Source of the DNA: Felis catus
Taxonomy: Eukaryota
Length of the DNA: 64,000 nucleotides
Assembly (NCBI RefSeq): GCF_018350175.1
Contig: NC_058383.1
Location: 27,654,001-27,718,000, forward strand
Direction: 5' to 3'
Positions 49,896 to 62,880 of the stretch are shown here, one piece after another. The stretch's first letter is position 1. Every line of letters begins with the position of its first letter. The position numbers and the translations under genes were made by a program. Under the pieces are notes generated by a model. The model worked only from the letters and a program-made list of their open reading frames with translations, searched no databases and was not told the DNA's origin.

Positions 49896-52426
49896 AAGAC
49901 CATATGATCCAAGAACACAGAAACGAGGCATGCCTTAGCATATTAGCATATTAGCAACCTAAAGCAACACTGGATGTTTGGGTATTTGCTCAGTAAATCT
50001 GTTAATGAATAAAATATGTAAAGGGCTTAGTCCAAGGTGTAACATGTAAAACTTACTATATTTATTTAATGTTGTTACTATGAGACAATATGAGGCATAG
50101 AAATATACCACCTATATAAGAAATAGGTGAATTACCTAATAGAAGAATTAAAAAAGAAAAAAATAGGCAACTGTGACCTGAAATACCTAGAGAAAGTATC
50201 ACCGACAAGGTGGCATTTTCCCGAGTTTAGAGGGATGGAAAATTTTTGAGAAATGGAGAAATGAAGAAGGTAATTATAAATGTATTCCAAGGGAAGTAAG
50301 AAGGAAGTTATTATGTACCTGCTACTGTGCCATGTTTTATATATGTTATCAGAACAAGGTTATGGTTTGACAAAGACCGCCTCATTCTATGAATCCTTGG
50401 GATGTGAAGTTCAAGGGCTAGTGGAGAGGGATATAGGCAAATTCCCATGGGGAGAATGGTCCCCTTATCAGTTTGAGTTTCAATGACAACAGACTACCTC
50501 TGATGAGCAAAGATGGCCCGAATGACCGGTCAACATGAAAAGATACAAAAGTCCCCCATGATTCACTATGAAATAACAGGGAAACTTGATCAGTTAACTC
50601 AGTTCAATGCCAAGATCTCAACAGTCATAGGAGCTGATTGTGTACACAGATTGTGGCTACGCCTGGAAACTTCAGGTGTCCCAGCCCACTGGGCACTATA
50701 GTTGCATTTCAGATTACTGACTGAGCATGTGCATGTAAACTGAAGACTTGTAATGGAGAAGCCAGCCCGAGGATGGCAGGGAGTAAGCGTAGTTGAGTAT
50801 CACATTAGGGAGAAACACTCTTCTTCTTCCCCCTCCCACTACATACACCCTCCAACACACACTCACAGTTATTGTCAGGCTGGCACTGGGGTTGAGAATT
50901 ACACTGATCACATCACAAATGGAAACGTTACCCAATTTATACCTCCCAGCTTGTGGATGGCTACGGATGGGGAATGTAAATGTTATCACACTTAATTCTC
51001 CCATCCTCTTTAACAGATAAGGAAGTAGTTTCAAAGGTGAAATAACTGAATCTAGTTCACCCAGCTCAACAGTGCAGGTAGGTCTCTCTGTCTTTTCACT
51101 AAACTGCACGGTTCACCTAAAGGATGAATTGTAAATGATTAGCATCAGCTCACTTGCCAAGAATGGATTTTGAACGGCGGAAGGCTTTGCGTCTCTGAGC
51201 AAGGATCTGACACTCAGACAGGGCAGGCAGAAAGAGTGAAGATAAGCTTCAGAGTTGTTTTCCTTGGGTACAGAAACCCCAGACTTCATCCATCAAGTCA
51301 ACAGGGTCTCGGGGCCTTACTTGAGCACTGTAGTTTGGATGACGATGATACCCAGAGGGTTGTTAGACCACCACTGCAGTCAAAATGTACACAACCATCA
51401 GGCCCAGGGTTGCAACTCGGGCTTCGTAAAGCTGTGCTGTCATGAGGAGTCCAGAGGAAACAGGCATGGACCAGGGGGACACAGCATGCCCCACTCCCTC
51501 ATTCAGAATAATTGGCGACGTCTATTAAAATGTAACCTCCAGATTCATCATGCTAGCATCACCATGCTAGATGCGCTGTGTCGAGCACAGACACTAGTAT
51601 CTGGTCTGTTTCATTCAACTCTTTGAGAATGATCAATAAAAAGATGGATATGGTGCCTGTGTCTCTGGCAAAAAAAAAAAAGAAAAGAAAAAAAGAAATT
51701 ACATCAATGAATATCATCAGTGCTTAGATTTCTTAGAGCACCTATGAGACCCTAAGTAAACCAGGCAGGTTCAGGTATGTGATGGATTTCTGCTGTCCAA
51801 ATTAATATTTAATATTTTAATATTTAATCCTAAAGCCATGTGCCCCATTTTTTAAGTTACAGAATATTAAAGAGTGAAGCTATTAAAAGCAGTAAGTGTT
51901 TTAGTTCAGGAAGAGAACACAACCCTAAGTGACAGGTAACTCTGGGTGTCGTGCTTTGTTTTCGAAAACATGGATTTATTTCTTAAATATTTATTATTAA
52001 TGCAACGACTACACTACCCAGTATTTATATAGTATCTTGTCTTCTGAGGAATATTCTGGTTGAATAACATCATCTGTCTTGATGAACTTCATTGTCAGGA
52101 AGAATACTGGACTGAGTTTTGCCTTCTCACACATGAGAAAACAGAGGTCCGGAGAGATTAAACAGGTTTTCCCAAGTCACAGAGTAAATCTATTGGATTT
52201 ACTCACAGAGAAGCTGCCCAAACCACTGTTGGCTGGCTATAATACTAAAATCCCCACTGCAGGTGTTCAGAGCAATGTCCTTTCCACCCTTTGTTTACTG
52301 CTTAAACCTTTACTCATAGAGGATGCATATGGGATAGAGACACAATCGTTGCATTACAAATGACTCATTCACTCCTTGAAAAATATTTATTAAGTTCCTA
52401 CTATGTGTATGGAAGCCTTAGAGCCA

Positions 52427-52868
52427 TATATTCCTTTCTATGACTGCTTTAACAAATTACCACAAACTGAATGGCTTAAAACAACACAAGTTTACTATCT
52501 TCTGGTTCTGGAGGTCAGGAGTCCCAAAATCAAGTGGTCAAAAGGGCTGAGTTGCCCCTGCAGGCTTTAGGGGAGAACTCACTACCTAGCCTCTTCCAGC
52601 TCCCAGAGCACTCCTTGCTCATAGGATCTTCCCCCACCTTTAAAATCCACTACTTCAACCTCTCCTTTCTCTGACTCTGACCTCCTCCCGCTTCCCTCTT
52701 ACAAGGACCCCATGATGGCACACGGGCCCACCTGGATAAGCCAGGAGAATCTGCCCATCACAAGGTCCACAAAGACCCCTTTGCTCTGGGAGAGTAACAT
52801 GCTGACAGGCTTCATCAATTGGGACATGGTCTACCTTGGGGAGGTGGGTCATTATTCCACCCAGCACA
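52427..52868 (-). mobile_element. MaLR solo LTR (MLT1C/D-like)
   Basis: aacaaattaccacaaactgaatggcttaaaacaaca ... gggcccacctggataa ... attattccacccagcaca. Confidence 0.88.
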
Positions 52869-54984
52869 GACTGTGATGATGCACAAGTCTTGTTCCAGCC
52901 CCCGCAGCCATCTTCACTGGGTGCGGAAGAGGCACCCCAGTGAATAAGGACAAAACAGGATGGTAAGTGACAAGAGATGTTAAGAGGGTGGGCTTCTAGC
53001 GGAAGCTAATGGGTGTGAAGAAGACTGCCCAGGAAGATAAACAGATTAAAGGGAAACAATAAGGCAGAAGAGCGAGGGGGTAGGAGGGAAGTCAGGTAGG
53101 CCCTCAGGGAACAAGGATGCTCCAGGAAAAAGGCACAGGCATAAGCAGAGCTGAGTATGATGGTCCAGTTCACAGACCGTGGTGTCTGCTTCCCATTGTT
53201 CTGCTTTGTTTCACAGTTTTATCTTGAGTGACAGATAGAAACAGAAACAGGCTGTCCAGCATGCCAATGAAGAACAGGCAGCCCTCAGTCAGATAACCCA
53301 GACTTTACCCAGGCCCTGACCCTTCTTAAAAGTTTGACTTGTCTGATCCTCTGTGTTTTCATCTGTCAAATGGGAGTAACAAGGGTACCCACAGGGTCAC
53401 TCCAGACATAAAATGAAATCACGAATATAAAGTTCCTGCCACAGTTTCTCCATACTAGATGTTCGACAGACATTAGATTTTTGTTGTTGTTGCTTCAACT
53501 TTGGGCCTCTTCTGCTTTGGAATGCTGCAATGGGGTGCATGCCAGGAAGGTCCTCTAAGAAAAGCAGGTGACTCTTTCCTGGAAGACTGTCGTCCCCAGG
53601 GAGCTATCACCACATGCCACTTCATGAAGATTACGAGGACTTCTCCAGGATGTTACATGGGGTACAAAATACAGTTCAGAGGAAGCAAGACCATGCCTGC
53701 ACACCCACATCGCCAGATCCCATAAAATCTCCACTGCTGGCATTCCACTTTTCTCTCTTCTGCAAATAGCCAGATGCGGTTATTGTTGGGGATGAATAAA
53801 TAGCTGTGATTTCTGTTCACCGGAGGAGCCCTAATTTCCTGCCTTTTCCCCTACAACGTCGACAGTGTCATGTAGATGAAAAGCTGCAGAAGCTGGGCCA
53901 GGTCAGCTGCTAATAATCACGTCTCTTCAGTCAGAGACAGAACCTCAATTTACCCACTGACAAAATGAAAGGTTTTGAACCGGATGATTTGTAAGACTCC
54001 TGGATTTAAAATTCTGTGATTCTCTGTTGAGTGTGGAGCATAGACAGACATCAATCACAGAAAGGAGCCTGGGCTGATGGGCAAAGCACGACTTTGGGGT
54101 TTTGTGTGCTTGAACGCATGCTCTGAGACTGACTCACAAGGTTACTTGACTTCCCTGAGTCTTCAGTCTCTGCAAATTGAGGACAAAAGAGCCCACCTGG
54201 AAGGGCTGATACAGACTACATGAGACATCATATGTACCAGAATCTGGCACAATATCAGGGTTCAGTGACTGTTGAATGCAAAAGTTGCAAGGGGAAGTGT
54301 CTCCCCAAAGGTTCACCTTCAAATACTGGTGGTCAAAAACTGTTCTGAAAGATCGTCCTTTTCTAAAGTTAACATTTACTGTTAACAAAGTATCACATTT
54401 ATACTTCAAAAAGTCAGAATATTAAAAGGCTTAAATTTAAAAAAAAACAATCAACAAAACTAAAAGGCAACCAACGGAATGGGAGAAGATATGTGCAAAT
54501 GACATATTGGATTAGTATCCAAAATCTACAAAGAACTTATCAAACTCAACACCCAAAAAAACAAATAATTGGCACTGAAGAAATGGGCAGAAGACATGAA
54601 CAGACACTTTTCCAAAGAAGACATCCAGATGGCCAGCAGACGCATGAAAAGATGTTCAATATCACTCATCATCAGGGAAATATAAATCAAAACCACACCA
54701 AGATACCATCTCACACCTGTCTCAATGGCAAAATTAAGAACTCAGGAAATAAGAGATGTTGGCGAGGATGTGGAGAAAAGGGAACTCTTTTGCACTGCTG
54801 GTGGGAATGCAAACAGGTGCAGCCTCTGTGGAAAACAGTAGAGAGGTTCTCAGAAAAATTAAAAATAGAACTATTCTACAACCAAGCAATTGCACTATGA
54901 GGTATTTATCCAAAGGATACAAAAATGCTGATTCAAAGGTGCACATGACCCCAATGCTTATAGCAGCACTATCAACAAGAGCCA

Positions 54985-55187
54985 GGGGTGCCTGGGTGGC
55001 TCAGTCGGTTAAGCATCTGACTTCTTAAGTCATGATCTCATAGTTCATGAGTTCAAGCCCTGCATCAGGCTCTGTGCTGACATCTCAGAGACTGAAGCCT
55101 GTTTCAGATCTGTGTCTTCCTCTCTCTCTGACCCTCCCCAGCTCGCACTCTGTCTCTCTGTCTCTCTCTCTCAAACATAAATAAACA
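54985..55187 (+). mobile_element. Can-SINE nested in L1
   Basis: Starts ggggtgcctgggtggctcagtcgg; the tail resumes at ~56933-56950. Confidence 0.93.
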
Positions 55188-56935
55188 ACCAAGAATCATA
55201 AAATACCTAGGAATAAACCTAACCAAAGATGTAAAAGATCTGTATGCTGAAAACTATAGAAAGCTTATGAAGGAAATTAAAGAAGATACAAAGAAATGGA
55301 AAAACATTCCGTGCTCATGGATTGGAAGAATAAATATTGTTAAAATGTCAATATTACCCAAAGCAATCTACACATTCAATGCAATTCCAATCAAAATTGC
55401 ACCAGCATTCTTTTCAAAGCTAAAACAAGCAATCCTAAAATTTGTATGGAACCACAAAAGACCCCAAATAGCCAAAGTAATATTGAAAAAGAAAACCAAA
55501 GCAGGAGGCATCACAATCCCAGACTTTAGCCTCTACTACAAAGCTGTCATCATCAAGACAGCATGGTATTGGCACAAAAACAGACACATAGACCAATGGA
55601 ATAGAATAGAGACTCCAGAATTGGACCCACAAACATATGGCCAACTAATCTTTGACAAAGCAGGAAAGAATAGCCAATGGAAAAAAGTCTCTTTAACAAA
55701 TGGTGCCGGGAGAACTGGACAGCAACATGCAGAAGTATGAAACTAGACCACTTTCTTACACCATTCACAAAAATAAACTCAAAATGGATGAAGGACCTGA
55801 ATGTGAGACAGGAAACCATCAAAACCCTAGAGGAGAAAGCAGGGAAAAAGCTCTCTGACCTCAGCCGCAGCAATTTCTTACTTGACATATCTCCAAAGGC
55901 AAGGGAATTATAAGCAAAAATGACTTATTGGGACCTCATGAATATAAAAAGCTTCTGCACTGCAAAGGAAACAATCAACAAAACTAAAAGGTAATCAACG
56001 GAATGGGAAACGATGTTTGCAAATGACATATCGGACAAAGGGCTATCCAAAATCTATAAGGAACTCATCAAACTCCACACCTGAAAAACAAATAATCCAG
56101 TGAAGAAATGGGCAGAAGACATGAATAGACACTTCTCTAAAGAAGACATCCAGATGTACTAATAGGCACATGAAAAGATGCTCAACATCGCTCCTCATCA
56201 GGGAAATACAAATCAAAACCACACTGAGATACCACCTCACACCAGGCAGAGTGGCTAAAATAAACAATTCAAGAGACTATACATGCTGGAGAGGATGTGG
56301 AGAAACGGGAACACTCTTGCACTGTTGGTGGGTGTGCAAACTGATGCAGCCACTCTGGAAAACAGTGTGGAGGTTCCTCCAAAAATTAAATATAGATCTA
56401 CCCTATGACCCAGCAACAGCACTGCTAGGATTTTACCCAAGGGATACAGGAGTGCTGATGAATAGGGCACTTGTACCCCAATGTTTACAGCAGCACTTTC
56501 AACAATAGCCAAATTATGGAAAGAGCCTAAAGGTTCATCAACTGACGAATGGATAAAGAAGTTGTAGTTTATATACACAATGGAATACTATATGGCAATG
56601 AGAAAGAATGAAATATGGCCTTTTGTAGCAATGTGAATGGAACTGGAGAGTGTGATGCTAAGTGAAATAAGCCATACAGAGAAAGACAGATACCATATGT
56701 TTCCACTCTTACGTGGATCCTGAGAAGCTTAACAGAAGACCATGGGGGAGGGGAAGGAAAAAAAAAAAGAGAGGGAGGGAGACAAACCATAAGAGACTCT
56801 TAAAAACTGAGAATAAACTGAGGGTTGATGGGGAGTGGGAGGGTGGGTGATGGGCATTGAGGAGGGCACCTGTGGGGATGAGTACTGGGTGTTGTATGGA
56901 AACCAATTTGACAATACATTTCATATTAAAAAAAA
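55188..56935 (+). mobile_element. Younger feline L1, 5'-truncated; ORF2 disrupted
   Basis: [14 protein letters not shown]...[25 protein letters not shown]...[16 protein letters not shown] across frameshifts and stops; 3' end ggaaaccaatttgacaatacatttcatatt plus poly-A. Confidence 0.97.
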
Positions 56936-57523
56936 ACATTAAAAAAAAAACAATGGCCAAATTATGGAAAGAGCCCAAATGTCCATCAACTGATGAAGAG
57001 ATAAAGATGTGGTGTATGTATGTGTGTGTATATATACATATACATATATATATACATATATATGTATATATGTGTGTATACATATATATATACACACATA
57101 TATATATATACAATGGAATATTACCTATAAAAAAGAATGCAATTTTGCTATTTGCAATGTGGATGGAAATAGAATGTATTATGCTAAGTGAAATAAGTCA
57201 GTCAGAGAAAGATAAATATATGCTTTCACTCATATGTGGAATTTAAGAGACAAAATAGATTAACATAGGGGACAGGAAGGAAAAATAAGATAAAAAGAGA
57301 AAGAGAGAGATAAACCATAAGAGACTCTTAAATACAGAGAACAAACTGAGGGTTGCTGGTGGGGGTGTTGGGTGGGGGGATAGGCTAAATGCATGATGGG
57401 GATTAAGGAGCCACTTGTTGGGATGAGCCCTGGGTATTATACGTAAGTGGTAAATCACTAAATTCTACTCCTGAAACCATTATTACACTATATGTTAACT
57501 AACTTGGATTTAAATTTAAAAAA

Positions 57524-57595
57524 TTTTCTTTTGAGGGATAGTTGACATAAAATGTTGTATTAGTTTCAGGTGTACACGATAGTGATTTGACAATT
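57524..57595 (-). mobile_element. Short L1MA-type 3' end
   Basis: tagttgacataaaatgttgtattagtttcaggtgtaca...tagtgatttgaca. Confidence 0.6.
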
Positions 57596-57609
57596 CCACA
57601 GTCTAAAAA

Positions 57610-58413
57610 TAGTTTTCATTATATCTTCACTCTTGAGTAACAGTTTGGGCATCAAATTCTAGGTTGTAATTTTGAAAGCATGGATCTATTGTCTTCTAGC
57701 TTCTAGTATTTCTGTTGACAAGTCCAATGTCAATTCCTTATTCTTAATCCTTTTCATATGACCTGTTATTATTCCTTGAAGTTTTTAGGATTATCTCTGC
57801 ATCCTCAGCATTCTGTGACTTAAAAATGATGTGCTTTATAATGAGTTTGAAAATTTATTTTACTGGGTACTCAGTAAATCTCTATAGCCTGGAGCTTCAT
57901 ACCTTTTACTTCTGGGAAATTTTACAGCATTCATTCTTTGATAATCTTCTCTCTGACATTTCTGTTTCCTCTCTTTGCAATTTCTGGGAGTTATAGATAC
58001 AACTTCTGAACTATTCCTCTACTTTCCTGAAATCTTCCCTAATTTGCATTTCTTTGACTTTTTTTCTACCTTCTTAGAAATCTCCTGAACTCTCTCTTTA
58101 AACTATGCTTCTGAAAGTTTGTCTTATCTTTCATAGTTTTTAATTCCTAAGAGTCGTTTCTTGTGCTCCTACAGCTCACCCTTGATAGCATCCTTCTCTT
58201 GTTGCACCAACGAACTATTTTCTGTAAACTCTGTGAGAATCGTAATTACCATTTATTTGAAGTTTTCTTCTGCTTCCTGCATTGCCTCTGTTTTTCTCAA
58301 ATTCCCTTTTACTGCTTGTGTGTTTTAGATGTGTTACCCTGCTGAAGACTCTTCCCAGGTGGCTACCTATATTTTGCAATGCACTAACACTTGAATGAAG
58401 TAAATGCAAACAT

Positions 58414-58451
<38 letters not shown>

Positions 58452-59150
58452 GCATGTTGAATGGAGGATATATGGACGGAGTTCATCAGTTGAAACTCAT
58501 GAAAGAATTTCACTCCCATGGACCAAGTTATTCTCCGGAGATAATCCCAAATGTTAGTATCTGTAGCTATCTTTTCCTGGGTTCTTTCTGTTTCTTTGAA
58601 GAAGATTCTTCTAACCTCGGTGGGAAGAATAGTCTTTGCTGCCAACAGTCCAGGAGCTGAGAGAAAGCGCTGGGCACATGCTCACCGCTCTCTATGCTGA
58701 ATATTTCTGAATAAAGAACCATCCTGATTCAGTTTTTCCGAATTTTCCCCTCCCATTCCCTGCCTGGCTTCCCAGGATGAAGCAGGGTGCCTGGGGTCTA
58801 TCAACTGACTCTCCTCCTATCAGTATCCCCTTTCCTGAGGGAGCTGATACCGATACCTCAAATTCCTGAAACTTCCTACGGTTCTGTGACCCAAATCCCC
58901 TTGATTTTTATTTATGTCCCCCCTTGACAAGTCCTTAGAGTTTGGTCTTCTGTACTTGGTTACTTTAGTTACCATTCATTGATCCATATCTCATTGCTCA
59001 AAAAACTTGGTTGGCATGCCATAACCATTATTGTCTCCTCTCTTACTTTAATCTCTCACTCTATTTATACCAGCCAGTGTCATTTACATGGGAGTCCCCA
59101 GGGAGGAATAGAGAGCATCAGATGTGTTCAATCTGCCATGTTTAACTGGG
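57610..59150 (-). mobile_element. Ancient L1/HAL1-like fragments
   Basis: T-rich strand with aaattctaggttg, ctattgtcttctagcttc and ttctgggaaatttt motifs; includes (CA)n at 58419-58449. Confidence 0.45.
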
Positions 59151-60148
59151 ACGTCTGCTGGGGGTTTCCTTCAGTGTTAAGATTCTGTATGTGGGTGACA
59201 CAAAGAAAAATAGAGAGGATGTGCTTCTCTGATAAAGTCTCTGGGTTTCTAATTCACGGTGGCTTCGTTTTCAAGAAGAACAGAAATTATCTAGAGTCAC
59301 TCTGCCCTTCCTGGAGTACTAGATGAAATTACCTTGAACTCCCAACCTCACATCCTATCTTTCCTGAGATTCCCAACACTCCCAAAGTTTATATTATTCC
59401 TAAGCACCCTTTTCCCTCCCCCGATGGACTGGATTTCTTTTGCTTGTTTGCTTGCTTATCTGCCCCAGCATCACCTCAAATCTGGGTCATAGGGGTTTTT
59501 TCAGCTCATCCTCTCCCTTCCCCACCCACACAATAGAAATACCCTTCTGAAAAGTATCTCTGCATATAAGAGACTTATGCTGAAGACTGGAAAGTAACAG
59601 TCCCTTCTCTAAAATGACATCTGGAATCACATGGTAAGATTTTAATTTCCCTCACCCTGCTATCCCATGATCTACGTATAAGTTTATTTCTAAAATGAAC
59701 ACAAAAATTCTAATTGCATGGGTCTGCTGAGCATCCTGATAGAAGAGATGAGGAAATTAGAGTTCTCAATCAAGGAAGAAGTCCTTGGAAGCAGTCCACA
59801 GTCCTCATAAATAATACTTAACAAGACATCCTCTATTCTGCTTTTGGTTTCCATACCCCAAGAAAGAAATAAGATACTTAGAATAAGGCGAAAAGGTGAC
59901 AAAGGACATCTGTGTATATCAGTTCATTTAATCTTCTTAACAACCTTATGAGATATCATTTCTTCCCATTTTACAGATGGGGCAACAGAGTCTAAATGGC
60001 TTACTTGAGCCACATAGCTAGAGCATGGCCAAGTCGAGAACTGTAATGCTCACTTCCACTGGCACCACCGTGCTTACTGTACATAGAAAGTAGATAGGAA
60101 GCTATATAGATAGAGATGTGTATACATATAAATGCATTTGTGTGGATA

Positions 60149-60150
60149 TA

Positions 60151-60204
<54 letters not shown>
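60149..60204. repeat. (TG)n(TA)n microsatellite
   Basis: Read directly from the sequence. Confidence 0.95.
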
Positions 60205-60209
<5 letters not shown>

Positions 60210-60503
60210 CCTCACTTTCATGATTACAAACAGATGTTATTATTCTTCTAGCTCATATTTAGAAACTAAGACTCAGAGAAGTTAAGTAATGTGCCCAAAG
60301 TAACATAAATACTGGGGGTATAAAATACTGAGAGGCTCCTAGAATGCAATTTGGCAATGTATATGTCTCACAACACTCATGCTCCTTGACCCAGAGGTAA
60401 TTACTTCTAGGCATTTATCCTTGGGAGCTATAAGAAACATGTATACAGATTTTTTCCTGTAAAAAAAGTTCAGCACAGTACTCTTTATAATAGCACACTT
60501 AGA

Positions 60504-60701
60504 GGGACGCCTGGGTGGCTCAGTCGGCTGGGCATCCGACTTTGGCTCAGGTCATGATCTCACAGCTTATGGGTTTGAGCCTCACGTTGGGCTCTTTGCC
60601 CACACCTCAGAGCCTGCTTTGGATTCTGTGTCTCCCTCTCTCTCTGCCCTTCCCCTGCTCATACTCTCTGTCTCTCAAATATAAATAAACACTAAAAAAA
60701 A
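60504..60701 (+). mobile_element. Can-SINE inside an old L1 fragment
   Basis: Perfect 20-bp TSD TTTATAATAGCACACTTAGA at 60484-60503 and 60702-60721. Confidence 0.96.
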
Positions 60702-60919
60702 TTTATAATAGCACACTTAGAAAAACTAATAGAGAAAATGAGACAGGGAGAGAGAGAGGGGGAGACCTTAAATATCCACCAATAGGGGATTTAGGTAAAT
60801 AAATTATACTATATTCACATAATGGAAAATTATCACATGGCAACTGAAAATAACACAATGGAAATGTTTTCCAAGGCATGGAAAAGAAGTCAATGTTAAG
60901 AGGAACAAAGCCATAAATA

Positions 60920-61062
60920 GGGGCGCCTGGCCTGGAACCTGCTTTGGGTTCTGTGTCTCCCTCTCTCTCTGCCCCTCCACCACTTGCACTCTGTCTCTTT
61001 CTCTCTCTCTTTCTTTCTCTCTCTCTCTCAAAAATAAATAAAAAATTAAAAAAATATTTTAA
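60920..61062 (+). mobile_element. Can-SINE lacking the tRNA-derived promoter region
   Basis: ggggcgcctgg joined directly to cctggaacctgc; TSD AGGAACAAAGCCATAAA at 60901-60917 and 61063-61079. Confidence 0.92.
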
Positions 61063-62312
61063 AGGAACAAAGCCATAAACAAAACAATGTAAAAGTTTGT
61101 GCTGGTTTTTGTAAGCAACACCAACAATTATAACACCAATATAGAGCTCTCTATATGCCACGCACTTTTCAAGGGCATATCAAAGTAAATGATGATGATC
61201 TCTCATTAGTATGATTATTTCTTCTTCACACTTCTTAATATTTATTTTAAATATTTTATATTATTTTATATTTTAGTAAACATGTAAGAATTTTAGTAAA
61301 CATATAAGGTATTTTGGTAAACATATAAGAATATAAATACCAACCCACTATTATAAGCATAGATAGAATTTTTAAAATAGGATGGTAACTTTGGGATTTC
61401 TGGCATGATTTAGAAAAAACAAAAAAACCCAAAACAGTTCTGCCATTCTGAGGTTGTCCTGCTCACAACCACACATACCCAGGGGGACTTTTTGAGATAG
61501 TAGCTTGAGCCAAAATCTTGAGCTACTGGTCTCATGCATGTTTTTAGTGCTTAATCTTAGGTCAATTCTGGGATATCTCCTGGCCAGTTCCCCATTTCAT
61601 TTCTGCCATATGCATTAGGCAAGGGATTCCAGAGTGCTCTCTACAAGGGGTAACCAAGTGAACGTTCCATTTTATTGCATCCTGGAAGTTATAAGCTCTC
61701 CGGGGATTCAGAACACATTGCTTCCTTATGTTCTATGAGCCCAGGAAGCAGGGTCTCTCTGCATTCCAAACTGACCCTCCTGCAATTAGAAATGAGATTT
61801 CCAGCAGGAGCTCTATCTTGGTGTGAACAGCAGACAATAGCCTTTGGCTCTCTCTAACAAGATCAGCGAGTCAGGCTCTTCAAATTGGCTAAATTTATAT
61901 CACACACTAGGCTCTGTGAATAAATAACAAGAAAATTCTTTTGTTAGCTTGAAAATAATCTATACAAATTCTATCTTAATAATAGTCTCTCAATAGGCCA
62001 CGTAAGTGCTGGCAGGCGGGAGCCAGGTCAGAGATGGGAGCAGGATCTCAGAGTTCAGGGTGACTAATGAAATGTTACACCTGCTGCCTCTCAAAGTAGA
62101 ATTGATTGGATAAAAATTTAGTATACAAGAGTCATCCTGTGTTTGTTTCCTAGCCTTTCAGTGTCTGGAGATTAGGGCCTATTTCCCTGGAACCTGGAAG
62201 ATGCTTTGAATTTCTAGTAAGATAAGCAGTGGCCTGGCACATGGGAGATGCTCTGTGTTTAAAAATTAAACACACTGGGGTGGGGGTGGGGGGACAATAA
62301 CCATTGGTCACT

Positions 62313-62880
62313 CTGTCAGTTAATTTTCATTTGGTATCACACAAACCTCTTTCCACATTACCCGAAGCACAAAGGGTATTTATTCACTTATGTAACTGAA
62401 CATTTTAGGACCTGCACCAGCTGTAGGCAAGGCTTGATGAGGGGTTAAAATGGTATCACAACACCTAATTCCTCTTTCTTTAAACTGCAACTTGACTCAC
62501 CTCATGGTGGCTTCATTTTCTTTTCTTTTTCTTTTACCCCTCCCCCACTTTTATTTTTAACAAGTTTTTCCATTATGATCAAAGACAACTGCAATGTTTT
62601 AAAAACTTCTATCCTTTTGGCTTCTTTGTGGAAAGAGTGAGAATCTCTTTCCCAGGAGGCCCAGCAAAAAGCTCATTTTGCTTCACAGCCTCTGTCTAGG
62701 TCACGTAACTAGCCACTGAACTAACCACTGTGGCAAATGAATAGATCTAAGTATGAACCAACTTACACTGGGTTCACTTGTCTTCCCTTGTAGTTAGGGA
62801 AAGTGGGAGGGAGATCTCATCACCACCCAAAAAAATGGATTGAAATGAGGGAGGACTAACTGATCCAGAGCTAAATCAGA
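62313..62880 (-). mobile_element. Old MaLR LTR (MLT1K/L/N-like)
   Basis: tttattcacttatgtaactgaa ... ggtcacgtaactagccactgaactaaccactgtggc. Confidence 0.55.

Larger units (their letters stand above)
54445..57523 (+). mobile_element. Older carnivore L1 3' part (segments 54445-54984 and 56951-57523), split by nested insertions
   Basis: Decayed ORF2 C-terminus; sequence continues across the insert (...atcaacaagagcca | aattatggaaagagccc...); 3' end gttaactaacttggatttaaa. Confidence 0.93.

Noticed and set aside
55267..56508. L1 ORF2-like ORFs as a functional gene or active L1
   Set aside because: The element is 5'-truncated, lacks the endonuclease and catalytic RT core, and has several frameshifts and stops.
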